A DNA stretch of 64,000 nt from positions 434,001-498,000 of the forward strand of contig OZ237762.1 in NCBI GenBank assembly GCA_965178125.1, read 5' to 3'. This document shows positions 13,380-27,223 of this stretch, piece by piece (position 1 is the first letter of the stretch; every line of letters begins with the position of its first letter). Source of the stretch: Bilabrum cf. latius. Its lineage: Eukaryota. The position numbers were made by a program, and so were the translations under genes. The notes beneath the pieces were generated by a model. That model searched no databases. It saw nothing but the letters and a program-made list of their open reading frames with translations, and was not told where the DNA came from.

Positions 13380-14029
13380 TCTGGACAGCAACTCGTGGAG
13401 AATCTCACAAATGGGATGCTCAGTGGACGATTCAGCATGATGGAAGGTTCCGTCGGCCTGAGGTGCCTCATGGTCACTGTGGCACGGTATACTGGAGCAA
13501 ATCTTCACCTAAGACGGGGACTCGTTTGGCACCGCGATAACCGCGGATGGCAAGCCCAGCGGCGGGGCACCGTATGGTGGTACTGTGGCCGCCTTGCCCG
13601 CGTCGCCAGGTTGTCGCGCGGCGTCGTGGCTTGGCACAGCCGTATCCGCGCATTGCAGAATGAACGAAGGCTACTAATTAAGCGAGTGAGGGGGGTTGGG
13701 ACAGGCAAGGGGCAGGAAAGGGGCGTGGCAATCGTCCTCATATGAGATACCTTCGCCCGTCCTGGGTGAACTATTTGGGCTGACTAAATAACCACAAGCA
13801 ACCACGTTATGGTTGCAATCAGGTATTATATGAACTGTGGCCATTTGGATGCATCCTGCCGGGTGTGACAATTTCAGCGACGGAGCGCAGAGGCGCCCAC
13901 TTTGACAGGCTGTATCTCTGCATAAACTTCTTGTTCTATTGCATTGATGCAAGTATACATGGTATTACACTGGATTATGACATGAACCAAGCCCCGTCTC
14001 GGACGGCTCGAAAATAAGAGGACTTGCTT

Positions 14030-17000
14030 TCAAGTGCCGGTCCGGTGGACATCCGCGCCGCTGCCTGCAATCGTGCCCGTCCCCACCCTCTAGCCAGAGC
14101 TGCCGCTAGCCTGACTGTCCGCAGCTGACGCGACAACGCTCCGCCCCGAAGCATCTGCATCATGATAATCGCTCGAGCCAGTAGGGAAAGGTTGGTGCGC
14201 AGCCGCAGGATCGTCAGATTGCAGCGTAGCAGACGGATTCAGTGGGCTCATGAATGCCCCACTTGATGCAGTGCCTGACGTGAACAGCGGTGTCTCGATC
14301 GCGGATGACGTAGATTCCACCGCACCTGCACGGGCTTGCCCAGCTTCTCGGACTTGCTTCGCGCTTTGGTTCTCGCTCTCGCTCTGCTCGTAACCAGAGA
14401 CCACTGGAGACGGAGGCTTATACTTTGCGACCGGACGGTCCGTCATGCGACCTGTCGACGAACCAACAGGCTGCCTGTCGCTGCCATCTGGCTTCTGATC
14501 CGGATTCGATCCTCGTTGATCCGATACGTTCCCACCTGGTTTATGGCCGTGCGAACGTTGCTAGTTGGCGGCCCGACCGTCTTTACCGGCACCTTCACCC
14601 GGTCGCTCTTCAGCACCTTCGGGTGAATCGCCTCCTGCCTGCCCCCCACGACCTGTATCCCCTCTTGCACTCGTTCTACCTCGCTTCCCACTGCTGTTGC
14701 CGGCCCCTTCGCCGCTTCCTGTGGGATCAGCAACACCACTACCAATGCGGCTACCGTCTGCGGTGCCACTCCTTGGCGATACCCTAGGCGGGGCCTGCGT
14801 GCGGTCCGCCCCGTCCGAATCCCGGCCCCGAGTCGAGCCTGTGTCGGAGCTGGCGCTGCGCAGCTGCATTGCCCGGAGTGCCTGGACAGGTTTAGGTGTC
14901 GGCGTGCCAGTTGGAGTAGGGCTCAACCCCGGGGTAATACCACCGCCGCTGGCCAGCGAGCCAGAGGACCCGGAAAGACCCCTCGAGTTCCAGCTTGCAA
15001 CTCGCCGCATGGGCAATGATAGGGCGGCTGGCTGTCCGTGCCGACCGCTCGCCCGGCGAGCCTCACTCATCGTGTCCTCTTGCGACGCCTCGTCGATCGT
15101 CTCTAGATCAGAGCCCAGCCTCTCATCAGGCGGAGAGGCCTGCAGCATCTGCATGGGTTGGGCGCTGTGGGTGCGCCGCAGCGTCTGCACCCTCCCTGCG
15201 TCGGTTCCTTTGATCAGAGAACCTCTGGGCGCCTCCTTCTGACCACCACCATGCTGCTGCCTCGGGCTGCCCTTCTGCATAGCAGTACCGGCCGATGATG
15301 ATGCGACAGATGGCTGCAGGGAGCCGATCGACTGGCCATCACTGCCGTCATCTGTCCCGCCAGTGCCCTCCAGTGACACGTACCGACGAATTCCAAGGTT
15401 ACCACCGGCACCTCGTGGAGAAATCACGATCGAGTGGGCGTCGTCACGAACCGCATTGATGTCGCCCGCGACGGACACGCTCAGTACCGTCCGATCGTCT
15501 CTCCCCCCGCCACTTACGCTTCGGGCGTGCGTACCAGTAGCAAAGGAGTAGTCTTGAAGGCTACCTTTGGTTGAATGGCCTCCGTTGGTGCCGGGAGAGA
15601 CCACCTGAACAGCCTCACGACCCTCCGTCGATTGCTACCGCTGCACTATGGAACCCTACGAACCCACCGATCGAATAGGATCGTGGCTTCTGTCGCTGGT
15701 ATTGCTAGGATCCCTATAGACCTCCGCGCCGTTTTGCGCGCTGCTGGGGCTGACGTTGGAATGTGGGTCACTGTCCTGCCGCAGCGAGTCTGGGTGTTGC
15801 AGCCTGGAGTGCCAAGCCTTGCCACCTTGGATCGCTCGAGCAATCGGGTGCTGCTAGAGCTGGTGCTGCTGCTGCTTCGATAACGAAGTGTGGCTGGGCT
15901 TGCCTGGTCGATCTGGACTCACCTCGAATACAGAGGGCTCCCCTTCTCCACCGTCCATCGAGCTGGCCGACATCAAGAGATCCGCAGGCAGAAGGCCGGG
16001 GCTCTCAGAGTTGTGGGCACGTCCTACAGGAACTGACGAATGCTGATCTGATCCGCGGCGAGACGAGGCACCGTGGCTCGAGGCAGAGCTTGAAGCTCCG
16101 CCGGGCTGGGGGGGCAATCCATGCCCGCTTCTCGGCGCCAGTAGCTGCTAGAGCATCCCCTCAATTCGGTCGAATCTCGCGCTGAACCGTGCTTCAAGCG
16201 CGCTCAGGCTCTGCGCTTGCTATTGCAGCTCGTTGTCCTGCCTAACTAGATGTGCCTCGAATCCCGAACTAGTCTCTACAATGGCTGAGCGGACGCTGTC
16301 CCTCACCGCGGCATGCGCAGCTCCGTTCTGGTCAAAGGACCGGTGTAGTGCCTGGCTCGATGCCTCTCGCACCCTGTGCAGCGACTCTTCACCGTGCTGA
16401 CGGAGCTGTTTCCGGAGGTCTGCCATCATGACTGTCTGGCCCTGTTGCAAGATGCCAACCTCCATCTTCACGGCAGCGCGAATGCTAGATGCCACGGACT
16501 CGCTCAACTCAGTGGGTAACGGAGACGAGTGGCCGGACCGACCACCCCGGCTGTCTGGTGATGAGGATGGGAGCCGCGCTCGACCACCATTTCCATGCTC
16601 GTGGCCAGCCTAGGAATCCTGACGAGGCGACGATGACGCGTACTTATGGCCTAGGCTATCCCCACCACTGGACTTGAGAATGCCCCGCGTGGCCCCTTCA
16701 CGCAACGGAGAGGGCTACCGCTGCATACGAGGACTCCGCGCGCTGCTCAGGTGAAACTCCCCGCTATCACTTTGGCCAGCGGCATCGTCATCACCATCCA
16801 TTGCATCGCTGTCCTCGCGATCGAGAAGCCCCCTCGTCCGTTCCAGACCAACCTGGCCGACGCTGCCTCTTCTTGACCCCCTCCTGCCCTAGACGGCCAA
16901 GAATGTCACATGGGGTCTGGCTGACGATGCCGATGCAGGATCCCTTGCCCGCTGCTAGGACGAAGTGTTGGATTGCTGGTCCGACTGTGGTGACATGGCA

Positions 17001-20000
17001 ACGCCCCTGTCGCCACCTGCAGCGGATCCACGCGATGACTCCAAATCATCGCGGCCTCCAGTACCGCTGGTATCGTCACGCGGCGTTTGGTTGTGCGCCG
17101 TCTCCCATTGACCAGGCCTGCCAGTCTGACCCAGGCCACGGCCGCTGCCTGCCCCCAGCAGTCCAGTCACGGAAGGGTGCCTCCTGTCAGCATCCCCTCC
17201 CGACGACTGCTATACAGTCATTGCGAGGGAATTGGACCCACTGCTTGAAGAAGAAACGGATTGGGCCTGCAGGGCAACCGCAGCGCCAGTGCCCTGGCTC
17301 TGGTGCTGCTGCTGCTGAAGACGCTGCTAGTGTTGCTGCTCCTCGGCTTGCTTTTGCTGCGTCATCTTTGTGACGGCCTGCTTCAGCATCCGCAAGTGTT
17401 GCCCTATCTCCTGCTTCTTTTGCCTTCTAGCACGCCTGTTCTTGCGAACGGTAGACATGAGCCGCTGCTGGACTTCCTTCGGCAGGTACTTGGCAGCAGC
17501 GACCCGCACCTTGACATTGCCGAGCTTGAGCTTGTCATTCTTCCGAAGCCTAGCAGGCGTCGCCTTCATCATCTCAATAATGTTGAGCACCATCCCACGC
17601 ACCTCCTTCTACTACACCTCAGTCGAGCTGGATGCAACAGCACCACTAGCCACGCGAGGCGATCCTCCTCTGGAACCGGTATCCTCAACGCTTCTAGCAC
17701 TAGTGAATCCACCTCCTTGCAGCTGGAGGGGACTGCCGTGCCTGCCTGGCACCTCAGTTACAGAGCGCGGGAGCTATTGTCCCAAGCGTGGTGGCAGGTA
17801 CTCCTGGCCCTACGACTGAGACTCGAGCCGAGCAGTCGGTTGAGCGGCATCTGCGTCGCTGACTGAGCTCCGCGCGACGCTTCCGCCTGCCTAGGAACCC
17901 GACGATACGGACTGCACGTCAAAGAGGGACCCGCGTCGGCCCTTTTTTACCTTGCCTTTGCCGATCAAATCTGACATGGCGTCGTATGCGTTGTTGGTAG
18001 TACCAGCCGCCTCGATCACAGCCTCATCTGCATCGTTTGTACCACGCATGAGCGCGGAGGGCACGCCGCCGCTCTCTGCCACTTGCTCCCTAGCCTCTCG
18101 GAATTGCTCCCTCCGCCCCCTGGAAGAACCCAGCAGCCCGAGCACCGTGCCCTCTGACCCACGCCTGCCCATGTAAGCCTGGCTGCCAAGGGGGGGTGTG
18201 CCGTTTTGTGCAGTAGGGCTAGATGATACCGAGTCTCGGGCCCGGCCGTAGTTTGCTCCAGACGTGTCAAGCTGTACGGAGGTTCCCTTGTCAGAAAACG
18301 AATGCGCACCGCGAATCCCGTTTGCAAGAGGAGAGGATAACTTGCCTTCGCCTTTTGTGTGCCGTTGGCCAGGCACTCCCGCACCGAATTCGACTCGTGG
18401 CCTGCTATTGTCTTGATTGTCCGTCATTAGCGTGCTAGTTGAAGAGTGCGAGCGCTTGATGCCCTTCTTGTCGCTCGTTGTAGACCCGGAGTCCGTGTCG
18501 ATCGTAGTGCCGGAGCCGAAGCGCATCGTGGCAGCTGCAACCGTGTTCTGTCTCTCCCGCTCGGCAAGCCTTTGACGGTCCCTCTCGTGTGCCTCGTTGG
18601 ACTCCTTCGAAATCCTATCCTGCACTACATTGCCCTGCATCGTGCGCTGCCACTCACGTGCCATGGTGGCCTGTCGCACTGCAGTGGAACCAGACCTCTC
18701 CCTCGTCTCTGGGAGTGTTTCCAGGGTGGCTGGTCGGGCCTCGATCGATGCGGCAGGAGAAATTTCTTGAGTCATGCGTTGCGTGTATTGCCCTTGCATC
18801 TGAGATGCATCTCCCCCGGGAGTTGCACCTGCCCGGCCATCTGCTGCCCTGCCCATCCTCGAATCTTGCGGGGTGGAGACGGTCAGCGACAGCCCACTGG
18901 TGTCGATCAAAGAGTAGTCGTGCTCGGTGCTCTCACCATCCGCACCAGCGCGCGGAGAGCGGAAATCACCTTGAGCCATGGTGTCTGGAGCAGGTCCCTT
19001 TCCATTGCGACTCGCACTCGAGGTACTGTGGCTAGGATACGAGCCATCGTGCGAGGGAGATCGCTGCTCTGGTTCGCTCCCTCCGCCTGGCACCTCTTGA
19101 TCTGGGGATGGGGGCTGCTAGTGCGTGGGCGGGCGTCTGGTACTATCCCTTGACTCAGCAGTGCTGGATGTAAGCTCCCGCGTGAGCTGCTTACCAGGCA
19201 TAGCCGAGGTGCGTTCTTTCGATGACGTGGCAGGCAGGCTCGCAGCAGATCGACGCCTGCCGTTGACCGCGGCACCAAGCCGCGTGCCCACATTGGGCGT
19301 ATCCTACGGGCTGGGCAGCTCATTGCCTGAGGTGATCTGAGCGACCTCGCCCTATGGGATCGGTGGAAGCCCTGCCTGACCATCACGAGTCGACGCTGAT
19401 CGCACAGGTGCTCGTCCTGCCCCAGCGGCCGCTGTACCCCCGCTAGCAAGCGACTGCAGATTTCCATGACTGCTAGATTGTACTACGTGCGATTGGCTTC
19501 GCGTGCTGCCGGGTTGCAGAGGTGCGCGACTCCAAGGCGCGATGCCGTGCTTGCTGTCGAAGCTGGCGGTGCGACCGAGATCTCCGCTGCCACCACCTCC
19601 CAGGCGGCCCCCACTGCGGTGGCCGAGGTGCTGCGATGGAGTGCGATGCGCAACGCCAACGACAGTGTTGGCTCGGATAAGTGCATGATCTTGCGATAAG
19701 GTTGCGCGGTGGCCATGGTTCGAGGGTAGAGGCGTGGCGAGGCCCGGCCCCCCCACCTCGGCATCCTCTCCCGTATCTCCAATCGGGATGGAATTCACAG
19801 TGGCTTGGTCATCCTGCGTGCCCATCCTGCTATCGTTGATCGAACCCATCTTGCCGATTATGTGGGAGTAGTCTCCACCGCCATGAGTCCCACTGGCACC
19901 GATGCTGCCAGTGGTGACCTCTGCCTTTGAAAACGTGAACTGACCCGCGGTGCGACTGGTATTCATGCCGTACATGGGAGTGTAGGGTGCTCGAGAGTCC

Positions 20001-23000
20001 GCACCAGTGTTGGAGCGCATCAAGTCAAAGCGAGGCGGCTGCGAACTCTCCCCCAGACGCGGGCGAGATGTGACGAGAGGCACACTGGGCTGGGCTGACC
20101 TTAGCCGTGAGCGGCTGTGACCGGGGATGTTGGTAGAGCTACTCTGCTGCCGACGAAGGCTCCGTCCTCGGATGTTGCCTGCTCTGGTCGACATGGGTGC
20201 CTGGCCAAGTATCCTACGGGCTGACTTGAATGGGTTGTGAACTGTCGGACTGCCTGCATGCGTGGTCGCTCGGCTTGCGGCCGCCTGCTTCGACTTTAGC
20301 CGGGCCTGTGCCTCCAGCACCCGCCGGCGCATGCGATCCAGCACCTACTCGCCTTTGGTATCCCCAACCCCTTTGATGGACCTCTTCGATGCGCTCCGCT
20401 GGTTGCGGCGCCTGCGACTGCGGCTCTTTCTGGATGCACTAGTCCGAGAAGTCATCAGAGAGGATCGGCTTGCCTGCCTGACCAGCTTCTGGGAGGCATT
20501 GACAGCGAAATTGATTGTCTTGGCCGCGAATTCATCACCCTCCTGCGCGCGCTGCTCCAACCGACGCTGAAGGTCCTCGGTTGATGGATCCGCAACTGCA
20601 GACTCGCCATAGCTCCCGCCTTCCTGGAAGCTGCTTTGACTGCGTGCCGACACTACTTGCGGCTGGTCAAGCTGAAACTGGCTCATGCGAACGGGCCCTG
20701 TCTTGGACGACTCGACGGGCGCCCTGCTAGTGGTCATGGAGCTCCCCGACTAGCCTTCCAGCTGCTTCATGTCAACATATCCGCTCCCGTGCCGTGTCGG
20801 CGAGCCGAACACCGAACCAGCTACGGAGGGCTGTCGATCCGTTTTGAGGTGATCCAATAAGGGGCCCAAGTCAGCGGTTCTGACCGTCTGCGCCTGAGAT
20901 TGCGTGCGGTGAATACCTGGACTCGGGGACTGGTCTGCACCCAACATCGGGGACTTTAACCCTAGCTCGGCTGAGGAAAGTCCGGGCGGGAGCTCGCCCT
21001 GGTACTTGCCGCGCATATCATGGCTACGAATGCGAGACACTGGTACTGCCTACCCCTGCTGCATATCGTGCGTCGCCCCCTTGCCGCTGCTGGCTTGGGA
21101 CCCTCGGCTGTTTGAAGACCCCGTGCGCTTCCGCTGCATAGCTGCGATTCCGTCGATGGAAGAACCACCGATGCCTCGTTGCTTGCCGCTGCTGCTGCTG
21201 CTCTCACTCCCAGCGTTTCTGCCGGACGATTTAATGCTTCGGTCCGATGCTTGGAACTGCTGCAAAACAACTACTGGTGTGCCTTCGCCGCCATGTCCTG
21301 CGCTGTCCCGGCGTCCAGAGCTGCTATCGTCGTTGAGCCGAGTCATTGGAGTCGTAGGTGATGGATTCGGAAGACCAGCAGAGTCACCGGCCTGCGAATT
21401 GGCAGCCACTCTGCCCCTGTAAAGAAGACCCATTGCTTCCTGCACGGACATGCCGCACCGTCCGGCTGCTTGCTGCATGACTACGTGTCTGTCCTCGTCA
21501 GGCAGCCGATCCCAGTCTCGACCCTGCAGCACCCCTTCTATGGCCGTTCGAAGCGCATGAAGCCGCTTGTCCTGCGTGTTGCTTCCTTCAGCGATGTAGG
21601 CGGACTGCTTGCTCGAGTGGAGCGACTCTGCCATAGACTGGTGGCTGTGCAGCCGATGCAACGATCGCACGATACCGACACCGTCCTGCCCATCCAAAGC
21701 ACCCATCACGGCTGCCATGATGTTTCTTTGTTCTTCCGTGCCTTCCATGGCGTCTGTGGCCAGAGGCAGGAGGAGCTGTAGCAACTTCTGCTGTGCTTTT
21801 TCAGCGCTAAGCTTGCTGCCGTCAGCTAGCAACCCTTCAACGAGCGCGTCCTCCTCGTCTTTGCTGTCCCCACTGCTGCCATATGCATAGTCGCCGCCCC
21901 CGTCTCGGTCGTGCTCGTCGGATGAACCAGCATTGTCGCCGTCCTCTTCGTCATCTCCCTCGTCTTCTTGGTGCGTCACTGAACCAGACCCGTCTTCAGA
22001 TCCACTTCCATCCTCTTCTGCCGAACCACCGTTCATGTCCTCGTCTGGGATGTTGATCTTGTTCTTGTTGACGTACTCAGAGATGTACGACTCGGTGAAC
22101 TGGTCCTCAAGCTTTGGAAATCGAAGCAAGAGGGTCTGGAAGCGCTCCCTACTGAGGGAAGCCATGTCGCTGTGCTCCACCGCGCATACGGACGCCGTCC
22201 TCCTCTCATTGAAGAGGAGGGAGACCTCGCCGAAGTAAGACCCGTTGCCGATCGTCTTGATCATCTTGAATCGCGAGAGCTCAGTCTCGTCGTACGCCAT
22301 GATCTTGGAGTAGTGCACCTTGGGCACTTTGTTCCTGTCTACTTCTGCTACTGTCGCGGCCTGCACCCCCGTGATGCTCCCCCTGCGGCTCTTGCTGCTG
22401 TGAAAGCTGCGCTTCTTGGCTCGCATGCCACTAGAGGACTTGCTGCTGCTCGATTCCTGACGGGTCATTGCTGAATCATCAGCAATGGGGAGAGTTTGCA
22501 TGGGCGGTTCCAAACCGGTCACCGACTCCCCGAGTTGCTCCAGCGTGCCAGCCCCCTAGCGCTCCGGGAATGGCATCGCCTCTCTGCCCAGTATCGAACT
22601 TCGAGTCGGAGAACCTGGTACTCCGACAACAGCAGCATCAGGATCTGTCGAGGCTCTTGCTGCTGTAGAGGCTTCGGGGGGTCCTCGCTTGCTGTTCGAA
22701 CGGAGAGACGACTTGAGCTCTCTTGTAGACACGGCACGGTGCATGGCAGTGGACTGCACCCCGCGAGGAGGCGAGTGGCGAAGAATTGGGCGGGCGGGAG
22801 GTCTGCCGGTCGTCGATGCCATGCGTCCATCATGTGACGCCTGCTGTTCCTCGGTGTTCACTCTCGAGGGTCCAGCAGCCTTACCGATGGGCACCGATGG
22901 CCATGCGTCGGATTGTCCTTGTCGGTGACTACGTACAGCGATACCGGGCCCATCGGCATACGGCGCAGGACCTTGAATTCCCTATTCGTCTTGAGACGCC

Positions 23001-26000
23001 TCTGATGGCTTGAGCGTTGCTGACTCAGGTGGAGCCAATGATGCCTCGGTGTTTGAATGATGCTGCTGCTCTCCCAAAGTCAGGTCGTTGGGGTGATGGA
23101 TCGTGTGGGCCATAGAGTAATCAGGCATGTTCGAGGATGACTCGGAGTCCTTGCTCCTGCCGTAGCTGCGCTCTCGCTCCCGCTCGCCACCCTAGTGAAT
23201 GGGCGCTTCCTGCACACCTGTGGCATCGCCAGACACATCGAGCTAGGTGCTGCGATGCATCAGCCTGTTGGAATTGCGATCTGGAGTCGAGGAGTCAGAC
23301 GCTGGGACCCTCTTCTTCCGCATGCCGCTGGGTTGCTTGACCTCTTCCGAGCCTGTCGCGTCGAAATGCCGGTACGGGCTTGACACCATAGCGCCCCCCT
23401 TCTGTAGGCGAGTCCCAGAAACGACCTGGAACGGAGTCTTGGATTCAGTGGCTTCGCTCACGTCACGCTGCTGGAACGCGGGCGCTGCTCTCGTTGGTGA
23501 ACTATCCGAAATGGCAATCGTGGTCGCAGCATGTGCGACTTCCTGCGTGACGGACTGGCGCGGCGTGAGATGAGAAGCCGCAGAGCGTTTCGATTTCGTT
23601 CTTGACGACGAGGCCGTTCGTCTTTGCATCTCAAGAGCAGCCTTCTGCTTCTCCTTTTGAATCTTATCCTGCTTGATCCTACGCTCTAGCGTGCCAGCAA
23701 TGTCTGGCTTGCCAGGCACGTAGATTGCGCACTGCCCTTTGCGCAAAAAGTACCTGCAACATGCGATGGAATTGGAAGCAACATCAGAGCCAGTGCGCGA
23801 TGCAGTGCAATAAGGCAACAAACATTATGTGCGTGCCATGCGGGGGAGTAAACGGATAACAATGGGAAACAAAAGCGATGCAACATGCCAAAAAAAGGCA
23901 GCACCTGCGCAAAGAGACACACAAGCTCACATCGATTCTCCAACATCGCCATACCGGACGACATAATCTCCGGGCAAAAACAGGTGACTCTTCAGGCTGC
24001 GAATCATAAAGATGATCACGCTGGCGTCAGTATCCTTGAACAGCGGCACGTCTTGCACCATGGATCTGTTCAGCCACAGGCCCACCTCTAGCTGTAGAGG
24101 CTCGGACAGCTTGTTGGTAAAGCTCTCCATCGCCTGCCCATCCGAAATTCTGTGCCTCTGCCACATGCTGTCCATATATTGCAGGATGCGATCTTGCAAT
24201 GAATCCGGCAGATCGTAGTAGACCATGCGCTCCTGGATCATCTGGAGCCGCTGCCTGTACAGCGTCTCGCTCTAACTGAGGCTCTGGATCAGCTGAGCCA
24301 TGCTACCAAAGATGACGGCCTATATCGCAGCACCGGCAAGCACGCTCATGATCAGAAACACTCGCTCCTGATTCGTGAGTGGGACCTGCGTCATCGTACG
24401 CAGCATAGCAAGCAGAGACTCGGTAAAGATGGCGGTGTATTGAGTGTCCCAGGGCTCGTGAATGAAACCTGTCTCGATCAGCCAGGTGTCTCTCTTTCCG
24501 TTTAGCACCTGCCACTGCTGCAGACCGGCAAAGGAGCAAGCCAGCCAATGCGTCAGGTAGAGTACAACCCCAATGAGCTAGATAGCTCCAGCGACATTCG
24601 CGATCGCAAAGTTCACCTTCTGGTTCAAGAATTTGACGACCCTGCCTAGCCGTAACAGCCTCACGATCTTCACGACTCCAACCACCGCAAGCTCGTCTCC
24701 TGACGCACCGCTCAACGGGTCGTAGCCACCCTGCATGGCACCAACGATCACTTCGAAGGGGATGCAGGCGAGCAAATCCGCAGTGAACCACCCAAACAGG
24801 TAATTCCGCATGATCAAGTCATAGTCTTCCACAAGGATGTGCTTCTCGGTGTCCATATAGGCGGTCCTAAAGTTGATCACCACGTCAAGCATGAACATCA
24901 CGTCGATCGTGTACTCGACGAGCACCCACCACAGCGGCTGGTCAGGACGAAACGCGACGATTAAAGGTATGCTCCACGCCGTATACAGCACCAAAAGCAG
25001 CGTAAACAGGTCCCACGATGTCCTCCAGCATGAGTTGGGGTGAGCAATGCACGTTTTGTGTCCAGATAGCATCATCTTCGCCTCGGACACCTCGAACAGT
25101 GTGAGGTTGCGGAAGGAGGTCCGTAGCTTCATGAGAAGCTGCCCGTGGGCCTCCTCGGTGTCCTAAGGAGGCTTGCCCTAGATCGTGCGCATGATTCCAC
25201 CGATGATTCCCCCCGTTGACTCGCTATTCTTGTCGATCTGGCTGTTGCTTGTGACCTCCCTAATCCCCTTCCCTAGCCTTGGCGGCCGGCGTCGCTCTGT
25301 ACGAGGGGAGCTGAACGCGGCATTTGCGCTGGTAGTGCCCTGGCCCATCGATTCGTCCCCTAGATGCACATCGGAGCGCACGAGGTGCCCTCCTCGCGAT
25401 AGGCTCTCCTGCGATGGCCGGCGAGGATGGATCCCGCCCTCGCCTCCGCCCTCTCCCGCCGCATGCTGTGCTGCAGATCCTGTACCTCCGATGGGAGAAG
25501 GGGCCACTTTGGCGACGTCACCCCGATTGCGAGCCGATGGAAGTCTAGGGGACCCATTGTCCCCGCTTGGATTGACTATGGGCCCGGCAGCCGAGCTGGA
25601 GGTACCTGTCTGGCCCGCACGAGCGTTTGAAAACAATCGCTGGCGTGTGTTGGTGCCGTCGGCGCTGCCGGGATCGAAAGTAGCCTTACTAAGACCGTCA
25701 CTCCTTCTGTGAGAGCGAGTGCCAAACATGCTTGGGACATCTCCAGTCATGCCCCGATCCATCCCTCCGTGCTGTTGTGCTTCACCGAGCTTGGCCCAAG
25801 CTCCGTTGCTCCCCCGCTTCTCAGCCGCCGGCTGTGGGTTGGCGGCAGCGGCCTGGGCCGTAGGCAAGACGCTGCTGCTGTCGGAGCCCTGACTGGCGCG
25901 ACTTTTACGGTCTTTGGGTGACGCAAGAGGAGCATCGCCGCTTGGCCCGAGCCTACCAAGGTCTGTCCTCGGGCCGTTCTGTGCGCTTCGCAAGAGCTTG

Positions 26001-26614
26001 TCGCTGGGACTGCCACGAAGAGCGTGACGATCGCCGCTTTTCTGCCCATGCCCTTTCTATTGCGATGCCAACGAATCGACAATTCCACTACCATAGTACA
26101 CCCTGCTGCCACTGCTCTACTCCCTCGCGGACGAAACTTCCTCCACTGCCGGATACTAACCTTGTGCCAACTGTTGCGCCTGTGCACCTCGCAAAGGTGC
26201 GTCAATCGGAGGCAACCGTGGTACACGAGATGACTGTCGTTGCATGAACTATCCTTGACTATCAGCTGTATGCACATGCTTTGCCGTTGTCTCATCCTTT
26301 GAGTTCGAAAGGTTCGGTGCAGCCGCGCTAGGTTCAGGAATCACAATGGCTAGCGCTCGAGGCGGTGATCTACGACCCGCCGCTCTCAGGGATTCTGACT
26401 ATTCAATAACTGTAGCGTCGCGTTGTTCGCCATTTCCAAGGCTGCCTGACGATTCGTCTGGTGCGCTACCTGCACGAGTGCCTGCTCGGCTAGCAGTGGC
26501 ACGCTGCCTGGTTGCTGTCGCTGACCCGCCCGTAACCTGCCCGACACTCGATACTCTGCTTGATTCTGCTTCACTTTCTGCATACTCCCCCGCTGACTGT
26601 GCTGTACTTGACAT
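14030..26614 (-). CDS. Cyclic-nucleotide-binding-domain cation channel (KCNH/EAG-HCN-CNG superfamily), ~4,135 aa; exons 26614-23931 and 23753-14030
   Basis: Recognisable motifs: S1 IAHPNSCWRTSWDLFTLLLVLYTAWSIP, S2 IDVMFMLDVVINFRTAY, S3 NYLFGWFTADLLACIPFE, S4 KIVRLLRLGRV, S5 THWLAC, C-linker LPDSLQDRILQY...LSEPLQLEV, CNBD VPLF...FLPGDYVVRYGDVGESMYFLRKG and GSYFGEVSLLFNERRTASV. All track ORFs from 26399 to 14090 share one frame separated by TAGs. It ends at TGA 14030. Confidence 0.85.
23754..23930 (-). other. Spliceosomal intron, 177 nt
   Basis: GTGAGC...GTTGCAG on the minus strand. It contains an in-frame TGA, and removal restores the CNBD motif GESMYFLRKG. Confidence 0.9.
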
Positions 26615-27223
26615 GCCAGCAACAGATTCGTTGAAGCAGCTGTGCACCGGACGGTGGCAGTTGCGGCTACACTATGCACGGATAAACGACGAGTCAATGC
26701 AATAAAGAATGCCGTGCACTGTATGTGCTATGGTACAGCTTTACCTTTATGCACAAACTACGTTTTCTAGTGCTGTATTGCGTCGGCATGGAACGTCGCG
26801 CGTGTTGGTCGCAAGTGTGGCAGAAGCAGCGTCTACTACTAGGTGTGATGATCAGCTGTCCACGTCAAAGTCGATGACGGCGTTGGATGTACCCCGCTGC
26901 ATACATAAATACTTGACTCCCAATACGAAGGTGGCACCAAATCATGCAACGACGATGTGCCCAGTTGCCGATCGGATTGCTGCGGCCGCCACCAGTGAAC
27001 TCACCTCAATGAGTGATCGGCCAAGGCGTAGAATGATAGGCTCGAAAAAATATACTTGCGAAGCACTGCCTCGGGAGAGTATGGGGCATCTTGCGCGCTG
27101 TTCGCCCGTTCGGCGGGATGGGGTTATTTTGTAACGTGCTATCAATCAAGAAATCTGAATTTTCCGAAGGCCCAGTGCCTGCCACGTTGAAGCATCCCCT
27201 CGCATCACGGTCTTGGTGCTTTC

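Noticed and set aside
26709-27145. 141-aa plus-strand ORF and 67-aa minus-strand ORF between the channel and RPN1
   Set aside because: No recognisable motifs, lower GC, and the minus frame is broken by TGA. Most likely promoter or UTR sequence.
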